Origin: Verrucomicrobiota bacterium
GTDB lineage: Bacteria > Verrucomicrobiota > Verrucomicrobiia > Chthoniobacterales > UBA10450
Reading direction: 5' to 3'
Length of the DNA stretch: 24,000 bases
Assembly (NCBI GenBank): GCA_003219195.1
Contig: QHPX01000082.1
Coordinates: 6,340-30,339, forward strand
The notes under the pieces were generated by a model. That model was not told where the DNA came from, did not search any database, and worked only from the letters and a program-made list of their open reading frames with translations. Below are positions 17,413 to 24,000 of the stretch, piece by piece. Both the position numbers and the translations under genes were made by a program. Numbering within the stretch: the stretch's first letter is position 1; every line of letters starts with the position of its first letter.

Positions 17413-20400
17413 TCGCGCCATCTGATCACGCGCAACGCGAGCGTTTTTGCTGCGACCTTGAGACCAATTTCTCCGTGGTCGCTGCGGCCGGCTCCGGAAA
17501 AACGCGCGCCATCACCGATCGCATCGTGCAAATCGCGCGCAGCTCAGGCGCCCTCGAATGGCTGCCCAAGTTGGTCGTCGTTACTTTCACCCACCGGGCA
17601 GCGGACGAAATGCAGAGGCGCGCGCGACAAAAAATCCTCGAAGCGCGCGTTTCGTTCGATGTTGTCGCGGCCTTCAATCGCGCCTTCTTCGGCACGATCC
17701 ACAGTTTTTGCGTAAGACTCCTGAGTGATTACGGACATTATCTCGGTTTGCCGCCGCGGCTCGATTTGATCAGCGATGACGACGAATTATGGCATGACTT
17801 CGTGCAAAGCCGGACTTCAATCGGCCATTGCTTAAGCGAGGAGAATCGCCGCATTCTCTTACGACATGTTCCCGTCCGGCAATTAATGGAACTTGGGCGC
17901 CGCGGAAATGTTTCTTTGCCCCACGCGACTGAGTTTGGACCCTGCCCCGAGCTCGATCTGGACGGCATTTATCGGTTTTCGCCATCAGCGAGATCTCTCG
18001 AAAAAATTGAGCGAGGTCACGCGGAAGTGCGCGAATGGGAAAATGCTTATCGCTCTGGCGTCGATTTTCTTCCGCTTCTGGAATGTCCTTCGAGTGCGCA
18101 GGGCTTCGTCGCCGTGTGGGACGAAGCTTTCGGCCCGTTCCGCAAATGGCTGAATTGCTGCGCGCTGTCAGTCGCCGCCAAAATCCAAAGCGCTTATCGC
18201 GACTTTCGGCTCGATCACGGTGTCCTCACCTACGACGACCAGATCGCGCTCGCCGATTCACTTTTACAACATCCAATCGCTGCCGATCGCATCCGCGAAC
18301 GAAATTTCCGCGTCATTCTCGACGAGGCGCAGGACACTGACCCGCAGCAGTTCTCGATATTGCTGGAGGTTGCGCGGCCTGCGAGAGCGCGTGGTCATTG
18401 GCTCGAGACTAGGACCGATCCGCCACGCGCCGGCCATTTCTGCATGGTGGGCGATTTCCAGCAATCGATCTTTGGCGACCGCGCGGATCTCAAACAATAC
18501 CGCCGCATCCACGAAACCCTTGTCGAAGGCGACGCCGGCGACGCGCTCGAGTTTGCAGTAACCTTTCGGCTCGATCAACGACAGCTCGACTTCGTTAACT
18601 CCGTTTTCCCGCTTCTCCTCAACGAGCAGGAAAACCAAGTCAAATTCGTTGAATTAAATCCACGTCCCGGCCTTCTGCCCGGGCAGGTTGTCCGTTTGGA
18701 CATTCAGGCCGAAAACGAGCGCGCGACACGCGACAAACAAAGTGAACGGCAGAAGGCGGACAAAGAAGCGCGCCAGGTCGCGGCCTGGATCAAAAAAAAC
18801 GGCTTGGAAAACTTGCGCGCATGGTGCTGGAGCGATGTCGCAATTCTGTGTCCGCGAAAAATTTGGTTGCGCCCGTTGCAGGAAGCACTCCGTCGGGTCG
18901 GCCTGGATGTGCAAACGCAATCGGACAACGAATTGAACGCCGATAATCCCGCGCACGCCTGGCTGACCGCACTTGTTACCGTTCTGGTCAAGCCACAGCT
19001 TAGTTACGAAATCGTTGGAGTGCTTCGCGAAATCTTTGGCCTCTCTGATGACGATCTTGCACGATTTTCCGATGGCAGCGGGCAGCGGTTTCAAGTTCAA
19101 TCAATTACCGGAGAGAAAGGCGTTGTTGCAGAAACGTTGAATTCCCTGGCCGCCCTTCGGGACGCCATTCGCTCCGCACCGCTTTACCAGGCGGTTTGCC
19201 AGGCCGTCGCTGACGTGCGCTTGCGCGAGCGACTCGAGAGTCTGCCAAGCGATGAATTTGACGATTTGAGCACTGAGCTTGACCGGCTTCTCGTTACAGC
19301 GGCTACGGCCGAAGCGGATGGAAAAACGCTGGCCGAGTTCGCGCGCGATCTGCGCGCCAATTTCGACGCGCCGCGCGAATCCGGGCCGGCACGACGCGAT
19401 GCCGTGCAATTAATCACCGGCCAAAAGGCGAAAGGCTCGGAATGGGACGCCGTGATTGTGCCGTTTCTCTCCCGCGAAGTGCGCACCCGGTCGCCCGATT
19501 ACGCTCGCATCGTCAGGATCCCGCCAACTGGCGAGCTGGTGGTCGCGCTTGGGCGCGACGATACGAGCAAAGAGGTCAAAGATGCGCTGAAATTGGCGGA
19601 GCGCCAGGAAATGGAGCGCTTGCTTTATGTTGCCCTGACTCGGGCAAGACACACTCTGGTGCTTGCATTCGATCACGCTCTTTTTCATACCGCGCAAGGC
19701 GCGAGTCCGAAAAATTCGCAGGCACGGTGGCTTCGCAGCGCCGAAACGGAAGAGAACAGTAAGGTTTTCGGAAAGCTCCCGAAAGAGACGCAATACTGCG
19801 CTGCAACGCAAGAACGGCAACGGGAAGACACGATACAACGAGAGTTAGAACAGAAATTAACTCTGCTTCCAGAAGTTGGAGCAAAGACAAAGAGCGACGG
19901 TTTGAAACGCGCCGCGGATTACGTTCGCAAATTAAACCCGAGCCGCGTCGCCGGCGGGCGCATCTTGCCAATCACCGGGTCCGACACTTGGAAAGAAACC
20001 GACCCCGAATTACGACCACTAGCGGTGGAGAGTGCGGCCACACGATATGGGCTATGGTGGCACGAGTTCGCGCAGCGAATTCCGTGGACAGCCGACGCGA
20101 ACACTTGCACAAGAATATTCGACGAGCACCAGTTACGTTCACCGGACACGGCTCGCTCGCGTCGGGAATGGCAGCGTTTGCAGGAACATCTTAACGATTC
20201 GACTGATTTCCGACAAAAGTTCGCGAGCGACAGTGTACTTTTGCATTCGGAAATGCCGTTTCTCTGGCCGGGCGAAGCTTCAAAATGCGTAGAAGGAATT
20301 GTCGATCTTGCGATATTTGATCGCGCCAAACGGGAATGGTTAATTCTCGATTGGAAAACAAACCGGATCAGCCGCGATCAAACCGCTCTATTGCGCAAAC

Positions 20401-20621
20401 AATACCTGCCGCAACTGGCGGCCTATTGGAGAGCAATCACGCAAATGACCGGCATGCCGGTTGAAGCGAGGATCTATTCAAGTGCAACTGGTCAATTTAT
20501 CGCTTACCAACCCGACGAGCTCGTGGCCGAATGGGAACGACTTCGGACGCTGCCGCTAAACGAGCTGACTCGGGAAATTGAGGCCAAGCCCCGCGTCAGC
20601 AATCACGCTCGCCGCGGATGA
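17409..20621 (+). CDS. addA: UvrD/AddA-like ATP-dependent helicase-nuclease
   Basis: ATG 17409 overlaps the upstream stop as ATGA. Walker A is VVAAAGSGKTRAITDRI, with VVTFTHRAADEMQRR. Walker B is FRVILDEAQDTDPQQF. Motif VI-like is RLLYVALTRARHTLVLAFD. C-terminal nuclease signature is EGIVDLAIF...WLILDWKTN. Confidence 0.87.
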   Translation: MIAPSDHAQRERFCCDLETNFSVVAAAGSGKTRAITDRIVQIARSSGALEWLPKLVVVTFTHRAADEMQRRARQKILEARVSFDVVAAFNRAFFGTIHSFCVRLLSDYGHYLGLPPRLDLISDDDELWHDFVQSRTSIGHCLSEENRRILLRHVPVRQLMELGRRGNVSLPHATEFGPCPELDLDGIYRFSPSARSLEKIERGHAEVREWENAYRSGVDFLPLLECPSSAQGFVAVWDEAFGPFRKWLNCCALSVAAKIQSAYRDFRLDHGVLTYDDQIALADSLLQHPIAADRIRERNFRVILDEAQDTDPQQFSILLEVARPARARGHWLETRTDPPRAGHFCMVGDFQQSIFGDRADLKQYRRIHETLVEGDAGDALEFAVTFRLDQRQLDFVNSVFPLLLNEQENQVKFVELNPRPGLLPGQVVRLDIQAENERATRDKQSERQKADKEARQVAAWIKKNGLENLRAWCWSDVAILCPRKIWLRPLQEALRRVGLDVQTQSDNELNADNPAHAWLTALVTVLVKPQLSYEIVGVLREIFGLSDDDLARFSDGSGQRFQVQSITGEKGVVAETLNSLAALRDAIRSAPLYQAVCQAVADVRLRERLESLPSDEFDDLSTELDRLLVTAATAEADGKTLAEFARDLRANFDAPRESGPARRDAVQLITGQKAKGSEWDAVIVPFLSREVRTRSPDYARIVRIPPTGELVVALGRDDTSKEVKDALKLAERQEMERLLYVALTRARHTLVLAFDHALFHTAQGASPKNSQARWLRSAETEENSKVFGKLPKETQYCAATQERQREDTIQRELEQKLTLLPEVGAKTKSDGLKRAADYVRKLNPSRVAGGRILPITGSDTWKETDPELRPLAVESAATRYGLWWHEFAQRIPWTADANTCTRIFDEHQLRSPDTARSRREWQRLQEHLNDSTDFRQKFASDSVLLHSEMPFLWPGEASKCVEGIVDLAIFDRAKREWLILDWKTNRISRDQTALLRKQYLPQLAAYWRAITQMTGMPVEARIYSSATGQFIAYQPDELVAEWERLRTLPLNELTREIEAKPRVSNHARRG

Positions 20622-21699
20622 ATTGTTCGACGCAGCGATGCGCTTCGTCATCGGTCATCTGCACTGGCGGATGTTTGGAGAAGTAAGCGGAGGCGGAATG
20701 GAGCACCCCGCCAATGCCGCGATCGAGCGCGAGTTTGCAGCAGCGAATCGCGTCAATTACGACGCCGGCGGAATTCGGTGAGTCTTCGACTGAGAGTTTG
20801 AGATCGAGTTCCATCGGCACATCGCCGAAGAGCCGGCCTTCGACACGGATGAAGCAGATCTTGTTGTCGAGCTGCCACGGCACATAATCGCTCGGGCCGA
20901 TGTGAATATTTTCGTCGGCCAGCCGTTCGTTCATGACCGATTGCACGGCTTCGGTCTTCGAGGTTTTTTTCGAGGCGAGCCGGCTCCGATTGAGCATGTT
21001 CAGAAAATCGGTGTTGCCCCCGGTATTCAATTGGTAAGTCCGCTCGACTTTCACGCCGCGCTTGCGGAAAAGATCGACAATCGTGCGATGCAAAACAGTC
21101 GCGCCTATTTGCGCTTTGACATCGTCGCCGATGACCGGCAAATTTTTGTCGGCAAAACGCTTGGCCCAAACGGGATCGCTCGCGATGAAAACCGGAATGT
21201 TATTGACAAACGCGATGCCGGCTTCGAGCGCGCAACCGGCGTAGAAGCGCGTGGCTTCCTCCGACCCGACCGGCAGATAATTCACCATAATCTCCGCGCA
21301 GGAATCTTTCAGCTCAGCGATGATCTGTTCGCGGGTCGATTCCTTCTCCAGCGGCAGAAAAGTTCGCAGCGGATCCTGTTCGCGCATGTGGGGGGCATAG
21401 CTGTCGAAAACGCAGCCCATTTTCACGATTGCGCCGGTGAGGTTGATTTTATCGCAAAAAACCTTCGTGCAATTGGGCGGCGAGAATATGGCCTTGCTGA
21501 CGTCGAGACCGACCTTGCGCCGGTCAATATCAAAGGCAGCAACGACCTCGATATCGCCCGGGCGATAATGCCCAATTTGCCGGTGCATTAGTCCCACCCC
21601 GGCGCCATTAGCGGAGGAACCGTGATAGAAGTTTATTCCCTGGATGAGAGAGCTGGCGCAGTTCCCCACCCCGACGATAGCGATTCTAATTTTTCTCAT
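20596..21699 (-). CDS. ino1: Inositol-3-phosphate synthase (myo-inositol-1-phosphate synthase)
   Basis: MRKIRIAIVGVGNCASSLIQGINFYHG... with the NAD-binding start, VNYLPVGSEEATRFYAGCALEAGIAFVNNIPVFIAS, GDDVKAQIGATVLHR and NTGGNTDFLNML: bacterial MIPS signatures. Confidence 0.93.
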   Translation of the reverse strand: MRKIRIAIVGVGNCASSLIQGINFYHGSSANGAGVGLMHRQIGHYRPGDIEVVAAFDIDRRKVGLDVSKAIFSPPNCTKVFCDKINLTGAIVKMGCVFDSYAPHMREQDPLRTFLPLEKESTREQIIAELKDSCAEIMVNYLPVGSEEATRFYAGCALEAGIAFVNNIPVFIASDPVWAKRFADKNLPVIGDDVKAQIGATVLHRTIVDLFRKRGVKVERTYQLNTGGNTDFLNMLNRSRLASKKTSKTEAVQSVMNERLADENIHIGPSDYVPWQLDNKICFIRVEGRLFGDVPMELDLKLSVEDSPNSAGVVIDAIRCCKLALDRGIGGVLHSASAYFSKHPPVQMTDDEAHRCVEQFIRGERDC

Positions 21700-21750
21700 G
21701 CGCGAAGTTGTAAGCTATGCGCAGCCCATTGGTTGGGGCAAGATGCAAGT

Positions 21751-21774
21751 AGCCCGTTTCCACAAAAACGGGCT
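21751..21774. other. Perfect inverted repeat in the divergent ino1/TolC intergenic region
   Basis: AGCCCGTTT-CCACAA-AAACGGGCT, 9-bp perfect stem and 6-nt loop, with no T tract on either strand. Confidence 0.6.
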
Positions 21775-21914
21775 ATCGTCCGCCCCGGAGCGGCTGCTGC
21801 TCGGACAATTGAAGGAATTTTCCACACTCGTGCTCGCTTGCAAGAACTGCTATAACCATAAAGCCGAGAGGGATTTTTGTTGAAAAAGAAAGCCTTGGCG
21901 GAGAGATAAACGAA

Positions 21915-23297
21915 ATGCGTTTGGTTCTTCGGGCCGTCGCGCTCTTAATCATATTTGCTTTACCCGCTCCATTGCGGGGGGCGACCCCCGATTATAGCAT
22001 CGAAGAAGCGGTCGCACTTGCCCAGGCTCAAAATCCCGAAATTGCCATCGCACGCAAGAAAATCGAGGCAGCGCGTGGTGGTCTGGTTGAAGCGCGCTCC
22101 GGCTTTCTTCCCTCGGTGGTATCGACGGGTCTGGTCGATAAACGAGAGCACCAGTCAGAAACACGCCTTCGAGATGAAGATTACAATGCCTCGCTGCGGG
22201 TGGTACAGAACCTTTACACTGGCGGCGCCGTCACCAGCCAGGTCGCGATCGCCCGCTTGAACATCGACAAGCAGGAATACGAGTTCCAAGAAATCGCCAA
22301 CCGGGTAGCGATGGATGTGCGCATCGGTTTTAACGAACTCCTTTTGAATCGCGCCAAGATTCGCGTGCGCGAAGATTCCGTGCGCGTCTTGGAAGAGGAG
22401 CTCAAAACGCAGCAGGAGAGGTTGAGCGCGGGCATCGTCGGCAAATTGAACGTCCAGCGCGCCGACGTTGCGCTGGCCAACGAACGACCAGAGTTGATCA
22501 ACGCGCAGACCCAGCTAAAAAATTCCTACCTGCGGCTCGGAGAACTTTTCGGGATCGACTTTCCGCCCGATTCTGAGCAAGCGCCCTTTGAAATCTCGGG
22601 ACAATTGCAATATCACCCGCGCCATTTCGACCTGAACGAGTGTCTGGTTCGAGCCGATTTCAGCCGTCCCGAACTTAAAGCGCGTCAGAAAGACATCGAG
22701 ATCGAAGATCGACAATACACGCTGGACCAAAGCGAACTTCGCCCGCGGGTGGGATTTTTTTCCGCCTACGAAATTTACAACGAGCGGGACCCGCAGGTCG
22801 GTCACGAATTTAATCATGGATATTTGGTGGGAATAAACGCGACCTGGCACATCTTCGACGGGTTTGCGACAAAGGGACGACTGCAGGCGACGCGCGCCCG
22901 GCGCGAAGCCGCCGTTCAAACGCTCGAAGCAGCGCGACGCGCGGTTGCTTCCGAAGTCCGCGGCGCATTTTTCGATCTCGAGCAAGCGGAACGCGTGCTC
23001 GAATCCGAAACTAAAAATGTGCAGACCGCCGACGAGTCGCTCGAGATTGCCAAGACCAACCTTGCCGCCGGATTAGGAACACAACTCGACATCCTGCAAG
23101 CATCCTCCGATGTAACGCGGACCCGAACCACGCGTCTAAGCGCAATCTATTTGCATAACGTGGCACTGGCGCGCCTCGCCCGCGCGTGCGCCAGCCGCCC
23201 GGAAGCGCTCGATTTCATGACCAGCAACAAAGACGAGCGGGCGGAAGCGCGAGTTTCAAACGTGGCGCAGCCACCGGCGAAGTTAACCGAGCGATGA
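21915..23297 (+). CDS. TolC-family outer membrane efflux protein
   Basis: Signal peptide MRLVLRAVALLIIFALPAPLRG. TolC-type repeats: YSIEEAVALAQAQNPEIAIARKKIEAARGGLVEARSGFLP, NLYTGGAVTSQVAIARLNIDKQEYEF, IFDGFATKGRLQATRARREAAVQTLEAARRAVASEVRGAFFDLEQAERVLE. Confidence 0.92.
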   Translation: MRLVLRAVALLIIFALPAPLRGATPDYSIEEAVALAQAQNPEIAIARKKIEAARGGLVEARSGFLPSVVSTGLVDKREHQSETRLRDEDYNASLRVVQNLYTGGAVTSQVAIARLNIDKQEYEFQEIANRVAMDVRIGFNELLLNRAKIRVREDSVRVLEEELKTQQERLSAGIVGKLNVQRADVALANERPELINAQTQLKNSYLRLGELFGIDFPPDSEQAPFEISGQLQYHPRHFDLNECLVRADFSRPELKARQKDIEIEDRQYTLDQSELRPRVGFFSAYEIYNERDPQVGHEFNHGYLVGINATWHIFDGFATKGRLQATRARREAAVQTLEAARRAVASEVRGAFFDLEQAERVLESETKNVQTADESLEIAKTNLAAGLGTQLDILQASSDVTRTRTTRLSAIYLHNVALARLARACASRPEALDFMTSNKDERAEARVSNVAQPPAKLTER

Positions 23298-24000
23298 AAC
23301 CGCGCGTTCTGGCTCCGGGGAGCACAGGCCGCTGGCCTGTAGTTCGCGGCAGCTTGCCGCGAACCGCTTTGGACATTGGGCGAGCTATTACGTGCAGATG
23401 CATTCGGCGCAGCGGCCGAATGCTACAGGCTGGCAGCCTGTGCTTCCCAGAACTGGGCGCCCGACGGAGGCCAACCACAATCCTGAAAATATTTATTTCA
23501 GTTTTGATCGCTTACTTTGCCCAGGTAGGTAAGGCGATCACGCTGGACATGGTTCTGCAAACCACGCTGGAAAAAAATCCCGCGATCGCGCAGGCCAAAG
23601 CGGGTCTCGAGGAAGCGGCCGGCCAGCGGCTCATCCTCCGTTCCATCATGTGGCCCGATGCTAAAGTCGGCGTTCCCGGTGGCGTTCAAGGCGGCCACCG
23701 CGCGGGCGAAAGTGCTACGCAAGCGTTTGCCTTCGCGCGCGGATCTTTCGTTCAGTCCCTGTTCAATGCGGCGGCCGCGCCGTCGCGCCGGCGTGGAGAT
23801 GTCGGTCTTCTAATCGCGGAGCAACAATTGAACGTTGCCGTGGTGGAACAACTTCACGCGGCCCGGCTGGCCTTTTATACGGCGCTGTACAACCGCGAAC
23901 TGCAATCGCTCCGCGAAGACCAGCGACAACGATTGGAACAAACTGTTGCCAGTCAGAAAGATCGTTACGAAGCCGGATTAACTGATCGCAGCGCTTTGAC
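23294..24000 (+). CDS. Second TolC/CzcC-like outer membrane efflux protein, N-terminal part (runs off window; true start uncertain)
   Basis: Frame open from ATG 23294 to the window end: ...ILKIFISVLIAYFAQVGKAITLDMVLQTTLEKNPAIAQAKAGLEEAAGQRLILRSIMWPDAKVG...ARLAFYTALYNRELQSLREDQRQRLEQTVASQKDRYEAGLTDRSAL. TolC-like features are LxxALxxNP and RYxAGLxD. The true start is probably near CTG 23483, just before the hydrophobic leader, with cggagg (23464-23469) as a possible SD; the first ~60 codons fall largely in a repeat element. Confidence 0.75.
   Translation, partial: MKPRVLAPGSTGRWPVVRGSLPRTALDIGRAITCRCIRRSGRMLQAGSLCFPELGARRRPTTILKIFISVLIAYFAQVGKAITLDMVLQTTLEKNPAIAQAKAGLEEAAGQRLILRSIMWPDAKVGVPGGVQGGHRAGESATQAFAFARGSFVQSLFNAAAAPSRRRGDVGLLIAEQQLNVAVVEQLHAARLAFYTALYNRELQSLREDQRQRLEQTVASQKDRYEAGLTDRSAL
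23317..23449. repeat. REP/MITE-like palindromic element with four consecutive hairpins
   Basis: Inverted repeats: ACAGGCC-GCT-GGCCTGT (23324-23340); GTTCGCGGCA-GCT-TGCCGCGAAC (23342-23364); CATTCGGC-GCAGCG-GCCGAATG (23401-23422); ACAGGCT-GGC-AGCCTGT (23425-23441). The outer ends ggggagcacaggc...gcctgtgcttccc form an imperfect terminal inverted repeat. Confidence 0.75.

Noticed and set aside
20902-21591. Plus-strand 229-aa ORF within ino1
   Set aside because: Antisense shadow of a strongly recognisable inositol-3-phosphate synthase.
21751-21774. Inverted repeat as an intrinsic terminator
   Set aside because: No T-rich tract follows on either strand, and it lies between divergent gene starts where a terminator is not expected.
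23317-23449. CRISPR array
   Set aside because: Hairpins are adjacent, differ in sequence and have no regular unique spacers; they resemble REP/MITE structure instead.

Overview
The centre of this window is a complete, compact bacterial selenocysteine (Sec) locus on the + strand: a small SelW/Rdx-like selenoprotein read through an in-frame TGA (9455-9691), tRNA-Sec/selC with UCA anticodon and long variable arm (9769-9862), a selD that is itself a selenoprotein (9937-10989, TGA at 9988-9990), selA (10974-12344) and selB (12356-14281). The supplied ORF track misses the small selenoprotein entirely and truncates selD just after its catalytic residue. Both TGA codons are followed by strong hairpins that can be drawn with the same AGTTT apical loop, so they are good bacterial SECIS candidates. 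Upstream are three tandem large secreted proteins (BNR/sialidase-like repeats, Fn3-like domain, PKD in the third). They share a Thr-Pro-rich C-terminus ending in ...PTPTPKPHKK and a conserved 3' flank. An outer-membrane-like protein follows them. Downstream are an AddB-like/AddA-like helicase-nuclease pair, a convergent inositol-3-phosphate synthase, and a TolC-family protein. The last feature is the start of a second TolC/CzcC-like protein, whose 5' end contains a REP/MITE-like element of about 133 bp made of four consecutive hairpins. Gene content and style suggest a Verrucomicrobia-like soil bacterium, but this is inference only.
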